Shown here: piece after piece, positions 31,272 through 41,346 of the stretch
Position numbering within the stretch: position 1 is the first letter of the stretch
Layout of the letters: each line of letters opens with the position of its first letter
Sequence record: DRR723986_1372
Reading direction: 5' to 3' (one strand)
Length of the DNA: 64,000 nucleotides
Notes under the pieces: model-generated
Databases searched by the model: none
What the model saw: only the letters and a program-made list of their open reading frames with translations
Told to the model about the DNA's origin: nothing
Made by a program: the position numbers and the translations under genes

Positions 31272-32021
31272 TTATTTCATATAACGCCATACACCCGTGG
31301 GCATATTGGCCAGGAGGGGTTTCAAAAGCTTCCAGGGATAGCCTGGCACCACGCCCACGCTGCGGCGTTTCTCAATGTGATTGGCCATTTCCCGGGCTGC
31401 CTGTTCAGCTGACACCAAAAATGGAAACTTGTCCATGTCATCGACAATTTCAGTCTTTACAAAGCCAGGAAGAATTTTGGTGAAATCGATTTTGTATTTT
31501 TTCAGTTCAATCGCTGCGGCATCCAGGTACATCGAGAACCCGGCTTTGGTTGCACAATAGGCCGCTTGCTTTGGAATGGGTGTCAGTGAGGCCAGCGAAG
31601 AAATACCCACCACATGACCGCCTCCAGCTTTTTTAAACCACTCTACTGCAGCATTCACAGTGGCAATCGCACCCAGCAAATTGGTTTGCATTAATCCCAA
31701 TTCATCACTTAACTGGTTCTTGCCCACGCCAGTCAACTTGTTCACACCCGCATTAACAACGACGATGTCCACTTGGTTCAAGTGACTGAATACCGTGTGA
31801 AGAGCGGGTCCGACAGCGCTGGTGTTGTTGACGTCAAGTTCAATGATTTCGACCTGTAAATTCTGGCAGCCGGGCATCAAAGCGATCTCGGCACGCAGCG
31901 CTTCAAGCTTGTCCAGCCGACGTGCGGCCAGGCCAAGGTGATAACCACGCTGCGCAAACTCGATTGCCAGGGCTTTTCCAATACCCGATGAGGCACCTGT
32001 AATAACGACCGTTTTATTCAA
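31272..32021 (-). CDS. SDR family oxidoreductase
   Basis: TGASSGIG, VNAG, YCATK; TTG start overlapping the GST stop. Confidence 0.88.
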   Translation of the reverse strand: MNKTVVITGASSGIGKALAIEFAQRGYHLGLAARRLDKLEALRAEIALMPGCQNLQVEIIELDVNNTSAVGPALHTVFSHLNQVDIVVVNAGVNKLTGVGKNQLSDELGLMQTNLLGAIATVNAAVEWFKKAGGGHVVGISSLASLTPIPKQAAYCATKAGFSMYLDAAAIELKKYKIDFTKILPGFVKTEIVDDMDKFPFLVSAEQAAREMANHIEKRRSVGVVPGYPWKLLKPLLANMPTGVWRYMK

Positions 32022-33148
32022 GCTGCTTTCTCCATGGTTTGAGGTGGCAATGCAGTCACCGCCACGGTCAATGCCCGGCGTTCCACGCGGGGAAGGTTAA
32101 GGTTCAGGATGTGTTCGGCGTTGTGTTGCTTAAGCCAGGTGCGAACATCGTGTTTGTCGCTGTCGGCCATGTGGGTGTAGCAATCCAGCGCACGTTGCAT
32201 CATCCAGATCATGTAGGGGAGTGCACCGCGCTTGAAGGGTTTGCCACCCATGGTGGTCATCACTTCGCCGATGCGTCGTGGCAGGCGTTGATTCAAGCCG
32301 TTTTGCCGGGCGTACTGGGTGGCCATCTCGCCAATCTGTGCCACCATGGGTATGAATTCATCAAAGATCGATTTGAAAATCGGGTTCAAAGTGACTGGAA
32401 CTTCATCGTGGCCCAACAGGGGTTTGTCGGCATGCGCCGCTGGGTTTTTCATGCGTTCCAGCCAGGCATTCAAATGCATTCTGGGTTCAATCAATTCGCG
32501 TTTGGGCCAGGGGTCACGGCCAAGGTGACCGTACATGGTGCCCACCAAACCGAAGTCGCCCAAGCTTGGGCGCTCGCCCAATAAAAATGGAAACTGCTCG
32601 AAATGCCGGTTCAATGCGTCGAGCATGTGCACAGTCCATTCATTCATGGTGTCGTATTGCTCGGGCACTATCCCAACGAATGGCAACATGCCACGCAGCA
32701 TTTTTGCCGGGCGTTGCGCCGCTTTGTTTTGTAAAAAACGAGGAGCCCATGGCAACAAGGCTTTCCCCGCATCATGTTCAAACAAGGCGAAATTCTCCGG
32801 GTAATTCCAGCGCGTGTGCATCGCGATTGGCACCCACCATTCATCGCCCCAAGCCTCCAGCAACATGGAGGCAAATTCTTGCACCGGGGTATTGGGTGTC
32901 ACCGGGTTGTTGTGGTGCAGCGACTCAATGTAGCCAATGATCTCGCTCGTGTCTTGTATCCACTCACCGGATGGTGTTTTTAGAACGGGCATGACCACAG
33001 CACCGGTCTTTTTCTTGATGGTTCGGGTCAGCGTGAACAGGTTGACCGCATTGAGCACATGATCAACTTGTTTGTAGCGCAAATAGCATAGCGCCTTGCC
33101 CGTGAAATAGGACAAATGCCAGCCATACAAAGTGTAGGTTTGTCTCAT
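32018..33148 (-). CDS. Long glutathione S-transferase family protein
   Basis: SYFTGK..YLRYK, MPVL, QDTS.II, GDEW, FLLGERPSLGDFGL. Confidence 0.82.
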   Translation of the reverse strand: MRQTYTLYGWHLSYFTGKALCYLRYKQVDHVLNAVNLFTLTRTIKKKTGAVVMPVLKTPSGEWIQDTSEIIGYIESLHHNNPVTPNTPVQEFASMLLEAWGDEWWVPIAMHTRWNYPENFALFEHDAGKALLPWAPRFLQNKAAQRPAKMLRGMLPFVGIVPEQYDTMNEWTVHMLDALNRHFEQFPFLLGERPSLGDFGLVGTMYGHLGRDPWPKRELIEPRMHLNAWLERMKNPAAHADKPLLGHDEVPVTLNPIFKSIFDEFIPMVAQIGEMATQYARQNGLNQRLPRRIGEVMTTMGGKPFKRGALPYMIWMMQRALDCYTHMADSDKHDVRTWLKQHNAEHILNLNLPRVERRALTVAVTALPPQTMEKAA

Positions 33149-33193
33149 GTGACCCTTGTTTGCGGGTTTCGAATAATTAATTAGAACATTAAT

Positions 33194-33210
33194 ATTTACA
33201 CTGTGTCAAT
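33194..33210. promoter_or_regulatory. Candidate TetR operator
   Basis: ATTTACAC-T-GTGTCAAT palindrome (one mismatch) between divergent GST and tetR. Confidence 0.5.
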
Positions 33211-33263
33211 TTCTTTGAATGTGTGGCACACTGTCAGGCATTGAGACCTTGCTGCACATTGGA

Positions 33264-33857
33264 ATGAACACACGCGTAACCCAGGAAAAGAGGCCTTACC
33301 TTGGCAAAGACGATCGCAGAAAGTCGCTGCTGAATGCTGCTGCAGAGCTGGTGGAAGAGGCGGGGTGGGGTGTGTTGAACATGAGTGCACTGGCTGAGCG
33401 GGCTGGCGTAAGCCGGCAGTTGGTGTATCAACACTTTCCGAATCTGGAAAGTTTGCTGGGTGCGACCGCGTGGGCTATTTTCACAGACACGATGCAAGGT
33501 ACCGCGCTGGCCATCACCAGCAATCCCGATGACATCAAACAGGCGATACGTTCAGCGGTGTTCGTTTCTTTGGATATGCCAGTGGGCAAAGGCGACGCGC
33601 TGTGGCAATTGATCGCCGGTTCGGGTTTGAATTCTCCCGAGCTTGAAACGATTCGTCTCGGAATTCGCGGTGTGATCCTCAAGCTTTGGGTGCCAGCAAT
33701 TCGAAAAGCCAAAGGCCTGGATCAAGCAGCGGCCACTGGCTTGGGGTGGATGGTCATTCTCTCGTTTTGGGGCATTCGCCAATTGATTCGTGATGGCGTT
33801 CTCAGCCGCGAGCAAGGTATTTCCCAGTTTGATGCCTTGCTGGATCGTCTTATTTAG
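33264..33857 (+). CDS. TetR/AcrR family regulator
   Basis: LAERAGVSRQLVYQHF HTH. Confidence 0.9.
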   Translation: MNTRVTQEKRPYLGKDDRRKSLLNAAAELVEEAGWGVLNMSALAERAGVSRQLVYQHFPNLESLLGATAWAIFTDTMQGTALAITSNPDDIKQAIRSAVFVSLDMPVGKGDALWQLIAGSGLNSPELETIRLGIRGVILKLWVPAIRKAKGLDQAAATGLGWMVILSFWGIRQLIRDGVLSREQGISQFDALLDRLI

Positions 33858-33861
33858 CCGC

Positions 33862-34428
33862 TCACTTTAGCAATTGTTCAACGCTGCGCTGAAGCACTTG
33901 CTTGGCGGCTTTCACACTGAGCTTTTGATCGCGTCTGAGTCTTAACCAGGTTTCAATGCTCAATACCAAATCAAATGCTTCAAACAAGGCTTTGTCTTTG
34001 ACAATCTCGCTCGGTAGAAAAGCTTTCAGCAAATAACGTTGCAACTCAACCGTATCCGCTTGTCGGTTTCGCAGGTATTCGGATTCGTGCAGGTGCACCA
34101 AACTCGCAGCCTGGAGCGGAGCCAGCTTTTCAAACATGTCGGCGCGTCGCTCAATCGCATGCATCAGTTTTTCGTGCAGATTGCTGCCCATGACTGGTGT
34201 GGCCAACACGGGCGCAACAATGGCATCCACCTCATTGGTCATCTCCCTGTAAAGGGTTTCCATGTCTTTGAAATGCCTGAACACTGTGCGCAGACCGACC
34301 CCGGCGCGTGCGGAAACCATTTCTGCTGTCGGCGCCAAGTGGCCTTCCTTGATTAAGGCAATGAGTGCCTGAACGATTTGTTGTCGATTGGCTTGTCCGC
34401 GGGTGGTGCGACCGTCTACTTTCACCAT
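33862..34428 (-). CDS. TetR/AcrR family regulator
   Basis: PTAEMVSARAGVGLRTVFRHF HTH. Confidence 0.9.
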   Translation of the reverse strand: MVKVDGRTTRGQANRQQIVQALIALIKEGHLAPTAEMVSARAGVGLRTVFRHFKDMETLYREMTNEVDAIVAPVLATPVMGSNLHEKLMHAIERRADMFEKLAPLQAASLVHLHESEYLRNRQADTVELQRYLLKAFLPSEIVKDKALFEAFDLVLSIETWLRLRRDQKLSVKAAKQVLQRSVEQLLK

Positions 34429-35510
34429 GTTCTGCTTGTCATTGTTGTGGGTGTTGTGATGGGCAAGCCCTTGATTCTCGCCTCAATGGGGCATGTTACA
34501 GGTTTGCTCAAGGCTGTGCCCAGTTCGGGAAAACACGCGTTTATTTCTTGTTGGGTTGAGAGCTCAAGTGCCTGATATCGATTTCTCAACCGCTGGTAAC
34601 GCCAGGCACGGTAACGTTGTGTGGGTATTTTGAACTGTACACCTTGACTGCTGAACTTGAATTGACGCGCCCCTTGTTCAATGGCCAGTTCATTGGCTTG
34701 CATATAAGGTAAAAATTCAGTGCCAATGATGTTTAGCAATGGGGTCAATTCTACTGGCCATTGTGTTGTCAAAGGCGCGTTGTTGTGGTCAGCCAGTTTG
34801 GTATTCCACAGCCGCGCAACCCATTCGTGCACGGCCGGGGCGCGAGTCCGCATGATTCTCGCTGGTGTGGGGTCGCAGAAAAAATGCCGAAACATGCTGC
34901 CATACAGCCCATAGTCGGCCAATGTTGGGCGTTGGCCAAGAACGAATGGTTGCTTCTCAAGCACTGTCTCAAGAGCATCCAGTGTTTCAAGGTAATGTGC
35001 TTCAACGCGTTTCGCAGTGCTTTTCCGCACGCCATCAAGCCATAAAAAGTGCAGTCGCTGTCGATTTAAAATGGCCCAGCGTCGCATGAAAAAGGGCAGT
35101 GGTACATCACGCATCATGCCATCTGCAAGGCGGTGGCTCATCAGTCGGGCGTCCTGAGCGTGGGCCCAGCGATAGTAAAGTGCCGGCCTCCACAGCCATT
35201 CATCGCCGAAGTCCTCCAGCAACTGTGCAAGGAATCGGATTGTGGCATTTTCAGGCATGATCGATGTTTCTGGTTTCAGAGTTTCCAGAAACTCAATAAT
35301 CAATGTGGTGTCGCTTAGCCATTGACCATCAAGCCATTCCACCTGAGGCATTTGAGTCACACCCGTGGCTTTGCCGCAGCGTTTGAAATCGCCAGTGTTC
35401 ATCTCAATCAATTCATAAGGAATTTGTTTGCCACGCAGGTAGGCCTCCAGCTTTCCGGTGAAGTATGAAAGATCCAGCCCGTGAACTTTCAAAACTTTGG
35501 GCATTGCCAT
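34422..35510 (-). CDS. Long glutathione S-transferase family protein
   Basis: SYFTGKLEAYLR.K, QMPQV, SDTT.II, GDEWLWRPA, LGQRPTLADYGL; RBS AAGGAG. Confidence 0.82.
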   Translation of the reverse strand: MAMPKVLKVHGLDLSYFTGKLEAYLRGKQIPYELIEMNTGDFKRCGKATGVTQMPQVEWLDGQWLSDTTLIIEFLETLKPETSIMPENATIRFLAQLLEDFGDEWLWRPALYYRWAHAQDARLMSHRLADGMMRDVPLPFFMRRWAILNRQRLHFLWLDGVRKSTAKRVEAHYLETLDALETVLEKQPFVLGQRPTLADYGLYGSMFRHFFCDPTPARIMRTRAPAVHEWVARLWNTKLADHNNAPLTTQWPVELTPLLNIIGTEFLPYMQANELAIEQGARQFKFSSQGVQFKIPTQRYRAWRYQRLRNRYQALELSTQQEINACFPELGTALSKPVTCPIEARIKGLPITTPTTMTSRTW

Positions 35511-35547
35511 GTGTTCGACTCCTTGAGATTCGAATTTGTTTTGTATA

Positions 35548-35570
35548 TAGTGACACAAATAGTGTCACTA
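35548..35570. promoter_or_regulatory. Perfect palindromic operator between GST-tetR and sulfatase
   Basis: TAGTGACAC-AAATA-GTGTCACTA. Confidence 0.65.
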
Positions 35571-35618
35571 GTTAAGTGTAGAAATAATAGACACGTTCAA
35601 TTCAAATAGGGGACAAAC

Positions 35619-38048
35619 ATGGCGCAGCGTGGTGATGATCAGAACGACAATGAAAACACTGAGGATTTGTCCCCCAAGCGTTTAAAACGACGGGCATTTT
35701 TATCGGGTCTCGCTGTGGGCGCAGCCACTGTGGGCGTGGCTGCCACTGGTGCGCATGTGGCCAATACCAAGGCGCGAGCGTTGATGACACCCAAAGCCCT
35801 GCCTGAAGGTGAGGCTGCACAGGTGGCCTTGTCTTTCCAGGATTCCAGGCCTGCGACAGCCAGTAAACCGAAGGCAAAAGAAGGCGCGCCCAATGTGGTC
35901 GTTATTTTGCTCGACGACTGTGGATTCTCCGATTTGGGTTGTTACGGCAGTGAAATAAAAACACCCGCCATCGATACCTTGGCAAAAACCGGTTTGCAGT
36001 ACACCAACTTTCGCACCTGCTCCATGTGTTCGCCCACACGGGCTTCCTTCCTGACAGGTTTGAATCATCATTCTGCAGGCATGGGCTGGTTGGCTGACAT
36101 CGATGCAGGTTACCCGGGTTATCGCGGTGACTTGACTCATGAGGCAGCTACATTGGCTGAAGTGCTGCAAGCGGCAGGATGGTCAACCTTTCTGAGTGGA
36201 AAATGGCATTTAAACAATGCGCACACCACAGGCGCGAATGGCCCGTACGACAATTGGCCAACCCAACGTGGTTTTGATCGGGCTTACTGGTTTCAAGGGC
36301 ACTCCACCGATTACTTCAAGCCGTCGGAGTTATTCGATGGTGTGGCGCCGGTCGAGCCACCTGACACGCCCGATTATTTTGTATGTGACGATCTCACCGA
36401 CCGCGCCATTACCTACATTCGCACCCAGCAGGCACTGGAGCCGGGGCGACCGTTCTATTTGCATCTGGCCTATCCGGGGCCGCATTCGCCCTTGCAGGCG
36501 AGGGCCCGTGAACGCGATGCGTACAAAGGCCAGTATGACAAAGGCTGGGATGTGATTCGCGCCGAACGACTCGCGCGCCAGAAGGCCTTGGGTGTCATGC
36601 CGGATACGGTTGAGCTGCCGCCACTTTCGTTTGGTTCGGACAGCTGGGACAAGTTGCCAGAGGCGCACAAAAAAATTACAGCCCGCTACATGGAGGTGTA
36701 TGCCGGCCTGATGAGCAATATGGACAATAATATTGCGCGTTTGATGAACAGCCTCGAAGAACTGGGCGTTCGTGAAAATACCATCGTGGTCCTTTTCTCT
36801 GACAATGGCGGCTCTCCGGAAGGAACACCGACCGGCACTCCGAATGTGTTTGCACCTGCATTCGGGCGCCCGATCCCTGTGGAGGAAGCTGCGCAGCTGT
36901 ATGACGTATTGGGCGAGGAGGGCACCTATCCGCACTACCCGATGGGTTGGGCCAGTGCATCAAACACGCCCTTCAAAATGTACAAGCAATACGCCCACTT
37001 GGGTGGTGTGGCCGACCCTCTGATTGTGAGTTGGCCCAAAGGTATTGCTGCGCAAGGCGAATTGCGTGACAACTTTGTACATGTAGTGGACTTGTTTCCC
37101 ACCTTGCTGGAAGCCACAGGTGTTGAACGTCCAACCGTGTACAAAGGCCGACCCCAAAAGCCGATCGAAGGCCAAAGTGTGTTGCCAACCTTCAGCAAAG
37201 CCGACAGCCCCACCCGCAGTGAACAGTATTTTGAGTTGGGTGGTCATCGTGCTTACATGGAGAACAACTGGCGTGCAGTGGCTCGACACACTCGAGGCAA
37301 ACCATTCGAAGATGACGTGTGGGAACTGTACGATTTAAGCAAAGACCCTGCGGAAGGTACAGACCTGGCCAGCCAGTTTCCAGAAGTGGTTGAGCGTTTG
37401 AAGAACAAGTGGTTGCAGGCGGCACAGCAATACAATGTATTGCCGCTGGATGATCGCAATTTGGTGCTTCGCCTGGTTCAGGACCGACAGGAAAAGGGTC
37501 TACGGGCGCGTTGGGATTTTTACCCGCCTGTGGAGCGTTTGGCGCGGGATGTAGCGCCAATCGTGTGTGGCTTGTCGCACACCATTGAATTGGAGTGTGA
37601 ACGAAGCAACAATGCGGGCGACGGCGTGTTGTTGGCCCAGGGTGCAAAGTACGCCGGCTGGGTTTTGTACATCCAGAATGGCAAGTTGTGTTATGAACAA
37701 AGCCTGGTGCCCTATGTGGAACGAATTGAATCCAGTTCGGTGTTGCCCGAAGGCAAGTTGAAAATCAGGTATCAGCAACGCATGACTGGTCGACCATTTG
37801 ATGGCGAGGGTGCATTGTTTGTGAACGGTCAGCAAGTGGCCAAGCACACCTTCAAGCGAGTTTTGTTTTCTACCAGTTACGATGGTTTTACTGTGGGTGC
37901 TGATCTGGGTAACCAGGTATCAACCCGTTACAAAGGCCCCAATCCCTTTCAGGGCAAGTTGGGCAAAGTGACAATTGATGTCGACACCAGTAAAGTCAAT
38001 CCAGTTGAAATGCTGCGCTTTTTGAGCCAAATGGGATTGAATGTCTAA
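35619..38048 (+). CDS. Cys-type (FGly-dependent) arylsulfatase, Tat-exported, with C-terminal LamG-like domain
   Basis: KRRAFL signal; LLDD, CSPTRASFLTG, GKWHL, PHSPLQ, SDNG, WELYDL..DP.E. Confidence 0.92.
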   Translation: MAQRGDDQNDNENTEDLSPKRLKRRAFLSGLAVGAATVGVAATGAHVANTKARALMTPKALPEGEAAQVALSFQDSRPATASKPKAKEGAPNVVVILLDDCGFSDLGCYGSEIKTPAIDTLAKTGLQYTNFRTCSMCSPTRASFLTGLNHHSAGMGWLADIDAGYPGYRGDLTHEAATLAEVLQAAGWSTFLSGKWHLNNAHTTGANGPYDNWPTQRGFDRAYWFQGHSTDYFKPSELFDGVAPVEPPDTPDYFVCDDLTDRAITYIRTQQALEPGRPFYLHLAYPGPHSPLQARARERDAYKGQYDKGWDVIRAERLARQKALGVMPDTVELPPLSFGSDSWDKLPEAHKKITARYMEVYAGLMSNMDNNIARLMNSLEELGVRENTIVVLFSDNGGSPEGTPTGTPNVFAPAFGRPIPVEEAAQLYDVLGEEGTYPHYPMGWASASNTPFKMYKQYAHLGGVADPLIVSWPKGIAAQGELRDNFVHVVDLFPTLLEATGVERPTVYKGRPQKPIEGQSVLPTFSKADSPTRSEQYFELGGHRAYMENNWRAVARHTRGKPFEDDVWELYDLSKDPAEGTDLASQFPEVVERLKNKWLQAAQQYNVLPLDDRNLVLRLVQDRQEKGLRARWDFYPPVERLARDVAPIVCGLSHTIELECERSNNAGDGVLLAQGAKYAGWVLYIQNGKLCYEQSLVPYVERIESSSVLPEGKLKIRYQQRMTGRPFDGEGALFVNGQQVAKHTFKRVLFSTSYDGFTVGADLGNQVSTRYKGPNPFQGKLGKVTIDVDTSKVNPVEMLRFLSQMGLNV

Positions 38049-38865
38049 GCACCGAAAAATGCTCTCGGGTGGCGAGTTTAGGATGGGTTCGAATCGCCAC
38101 TACCCCGAGGAGCGTCCGGAGCGCACCGAGCGGGTGACCGAATTCGCAATCGATGTGTTTCCAGTGCGTAATTCGGAGTTCGCCGAGTTTGTAGAGGCCA
38201 CGCAGTACGTCACCTTGGCTGAGCGCAAGGGGTACTCCCATGTGTTTAAAATGACCGAAGGCCCGGTGCCTTTGAACAACCCCGATCAATGGTGGAAAGC
38301 AGTGCAGGGCGCATGTTGGCACAACCCAAACCCCGGCACTGAATTGCCTGGTGATTTTAACGAGCACCCGGTGGTGCATATTGCCTTGGAAGATGCAAAA
38401 GCCTACGCTGCCTGGGCTGGTGGGCGATTGCCTTTGGAGGCCGAATGGGAGTTTGCTGCACGCGGGGGTGCGCACAACACCCAATTCGCTTGGGGCGAGG
38501 AATTTGCGCCAGATGGCCAGCGCATGGCTCATGTTTGGCAAGGCGCGTTTCCCTGGTATTACGCTCCCGGTGGTACACCCGCTACAGCAGCGGTTGGGCA
38601 ATTTGCAGCCAATGGGTATGGTTTGCACGACATGATCGGCAATGTGTGGGAATGGACTTCCTCGCCGTTTAAGCAACCCTCCAGTTGCTGCTCTTGCAGC
38701 CCACAGCAAGACTCCAATACCCTGTTTGCCCTGAAAGGCGGCTCCCACCTGTGCGCTGCAGAATATTGCCTGCGTTACCGGCCAGCTGCGCGCATCGGGG
38801 TTGCGGGGGCCAGCAGCACCTCTCACATCGGTTTTCGTTGCGTTTACGACGCCTCACCCAAGTAA
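38041..38865 (+). CDS. Formylglycine-generating enzyme (SUMF1 family)
   Basis: HPVVHI, LP.EAEWEFAARGG, DMIGNVWEW, KGGSHLCAAEYCLRYRPAAR, HIGFRC. Confidence 0.92.
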   Translation: MSKHRKMLSGGEFRMGSNRHYPEERPERTERVTEFAIDVFPVRNSEFAEFVEATQYVTLAERKGYSHVFKMTEGPVPLNNPDQWWKAVQGACWHNPNPGTELPGDFNEHPVVHIALEDAKAYAAWAGGRLPLEAEWEFAARGGAHNTQFAWGEEFAPDGQRMAHVWQGAFPWYYAPGGTPATAAVGQFAANGYGLHDMIGNVWEWTSSPFKQPSSCCSCSPQQDSNTLFALKGGSHLCAAEYCLRYRPAARIGVAGASSTSHIGFRCVYDASPK

Positions 38866-38928
38866 GCGGGGAATCTTTTTCGATCACCACAGTCCATTCA
38901 ATTCAATAACAAAAAACTGGAGCTGTGA

Positions 38929-39612
38929 GTGAACTCGAAAAGTCTGATTGATCAACTGTTGAAGGCCGGTACGGGCATGTTGCAAAGCGGCAGTAATGCC
39001 GCCAGCGGCATGCAGATGAAAGACGTGTTGGTGGGGGCTGGCGGCGGTGCAGCGGCCACGGCGGCTTTGGGCATGTTGTTGGGCAACAAGCGCCACAAAA
39101 AAATGGCTGGCAAGGTGATTACCTACGGTGGTTTGGCGGCTTTGGGCCTGTTAGCCTACAAAGCTTATGGCAATTGGCAACAGCAACAGGGCAACATCGC
39201 AGCCAGGCGCGACCCGCAAACCGTTGACCGTTTGCCAGAACCACAAGTAGAGCAGCACAGCCAGGCCATTTTGCGAGCACTGATTGGTGCGGCCAAGGCA
39301 GATGGTCACATTGACGCCAAGGAACGCCAGTTGATTGATGGTGAAATTGCGAAACTGACCAGCGACCCTCAACTGCAGCGCTGGTTTGATCAAGAGATGA
39401 ACAAGCCGCTGGATCCACTGGAAATTGCGAGTTATGCCACCACGCCGGAATTGGCTGCCGAAATGTTCCTGGCCAGTGTGTTAATGGTAGATGAGGAAAG
39501 TTTTATGGAGCGTAGTTACTTGCAGGAACTCGCCAAGCAGTTGAGGCTAGACCCGGCGCTCGAGGTGGAGTTGCGGGCCCAGGTGGAGCAGGCGAAAAAA
39601 ACGGTCGCATAA
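38929..39612 (+). CDS. DUF533/YebE (TerB-like) inner-membrane protein
   Basis: GGLAALGLLAYKAY..W, AAKADGHID..ER, ERSYLQELA..L.L. Confidence 0.85.
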   Translation: MNSKSLIDQLLKAGTGMLQSGSNAASGMQMKDVLVGAGGGAAATAALGMLLGNKRHKKMAGKVITYGGLAALGLLAYKAYGNWQQQQGNIAARRDPQTVDRLPEPQVEQHSQAILRALIGAAKADGHIDAKERQLIDGEIAKLTSDPQLQRWFDQEMNKPLDPLEIASYATTPELAAEMFLASVLMVDEESFMERSYLQELAKQLRLDPALEVELRAQVEQAKKTVA

Positions 39613-39623
39613 AGCGACCGTTT
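39599..39623. terminator. Bidirectional terminator hairpin
   Basis: AAACGGTCGC-ATAAA-GCGACCGTTT between convergent genes. Confidence 0.65.
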
Positions 39624-39657
39624 CAAGTTACTGCCTCAAGGGTGTTTTTATCAACAC

Positions 39658-41139
39658 TTAAAACTTTTGAATCAAGCTGAAGGATACGAAATCAGCATCG
39701 AGGTCTGCGATACCTTTGAATTCGCCACCCGACACCTCAACCGGGGTGACCTGATCGTTGTTGCCGACTACACTGGCGTCCACATCGATAATACCGTACG
39801 CCACGGAAAGCGTGGTGTCACGGCTTGGGGTGAAGCTGGCCCCGATCCCGTAGAAGCGGCGATCGTTGTCCGGCAAAATCGGAATGCGCAGGTCGTCGCC
39901 CACCACACCGTTCTCCATGCCGTAGCCTGCATGTAGGGTCAAGCGTTTGTAGGCCTTGTAGTTCAAGCCAACACGATAGGCGTGCGCTACTTTGAAGTTT
40001 TGCGGCACATCCTCAATTACCCGACCTGTGGCCACGCGTTCATAGCGCAAAAATGTTTCGGTGTAATCCTGATAAGTGTAGGTCGCCATCAGGTCAAGCT
40101 TTGGGCTGTAGTGATGAAACAGCGAGATGCGGAACTCATCGGGGAAAATCACGCTTTGACGGGCTTGCTGTTGTGGCTCAAGATCGCCAGCAGCTTGTGG
40201 GCCGTTCACGCCAAGAATTGGGCCACCAACGCCGATCAGTGGGCTCGTTGCCAAGAAATTCCGGAACGCAGCAGTGTCTGCATTCTCGTTGATGGTCAGC
40301 TCACCTTGGTTGCCGTTGAATCGGGTTTTGGGGCGATACGATGCGCCGATTCGAGTGCGATCCGTAGGCTCCCAAAGCAGGCCAGCCTGCGCGTTGAATG
40401 CCCAGCCAAAAATGCGTAATTTTCCGTCAGTTTCACCCGGAATGGGAGGTGCCTGACCAAGAGTATTCAAGCCGTCAAGCAGCGCGGTTGTTCCGGGTGG
40501 CCCCAGTTTGCTCACCGCATCGCGGAAGTTCACACGCAGTTTGATGGATTGAAAGTAGCGTTCATAAGAGCCGTTCATACCCACGGAGAGGGTTGGCGTC
40601 AGCTTGTAACCAAAACCCAGGTTCAAGCGCGTTACCTTCAAATCACTTTCACGACCAGAGCCGCGACCTGGGTAGTCCTCACGGTACCGTGTCAACAAAC
40701 CGTGTGATCCGGAAGCACTGAAACCCACCACCAGTTTTGGGTTGACTGGAATGGCCACAAACAGGCCCGGAATAAACAGGGCTGAGTCATAACCATCTTT
40801 TCTGGAGAAAAACTCGCCTTTAGAACCTTCGCGCCCATCATCAGTGGGCGGACCGTCGTTGTCTTGGGTCGACGTGTAATCGTTGTCGAAGGTGGCAATA
40901 CTGGCCACGTTCAACACCTCAATCCGCTTGAATCGGGTCAAAGCGGCAGGGTTAAAGAAAATTACCGACGCATCCGAAGCCTCAGCGGCTTGACCGGCGC
41001 CCGCCGTGGCAATGCCCATGGTGCTTTGATTGTCGTTGGCAGTACCACCAGCAAAAGCCTGCTGGCTAAGTGAAAAGGCCGTGACTGAAAACGCGACGGC
41101 ACAGGCTCTCCGAAGGGAGCTTTGCTGCAAAAACACCAT
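39658..41139 (-). CDS. FadL/OmpP1 family outer-membrane hydrophobic-compound transporter
   Basis: AGAG..A...DAS..FFNPA, IPILPDNDR, C-terminal Phe. Confidence 0.88.
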   Translation of the reverse strand: MVFLQQSSLRRACAVAFSVTAFSLSQQAFAGGTANDNQSTMGIATAGAGQAAEASDASVIFFNPAALTRFKRIEVLNVASIATFDNDYTSTQDNDGPPTDDGREGSKGEFFSRKDGYDSALFIPGLFVAIPVNPKLVVGFSASGSHGLLTRYREDYPGRGSGRESDLKVTRLNLGFGYKLTPTLSVGMNGSYERYFQSIKLRVNFRDAVSKLGPPGTTALLDGLNTLGQAPPIPGETDGKLRIFGWAFNAQAGLLWEPTDRTRIGASYRPKTRFNGNQGELTINENADTAAFRNFLATSPLIGVGGPILGVNGPQAAGDLEPQQQARQSVIFPDEFRISLFHHYSPKLDLMATYTYQDYTETFLRYERVATGRVIEDVPQNFKVAHAYRVGLNYKAYKRLTLHAGYGMENGVVGDDLRIPILPDNDRRFYGIGASFTPSRDTTLSVAYGIIDVDASVVGNNDQVTPVEVSGGEFKGIADLDADFVSFSLIQKF

Positions 41140-41346
41140 TGGTCTGTCTCCTGGCTCCGACGTGCAGGGTCGCAGTGCGCCCGGCTTTTAAGAAAGTCGT
41201 GAGTTTTTTGCTGGTTGTTTTTAAAATTTTTAACGGGGTATTTCCGAGAAATAGTACCTCAGGAAACACCCTATGTTTACAACGATTAACATTGATACTG
41301 ACGGAAATGTAACCCAGATTCAATCAATCGTTCAAATTTTTTTTTA

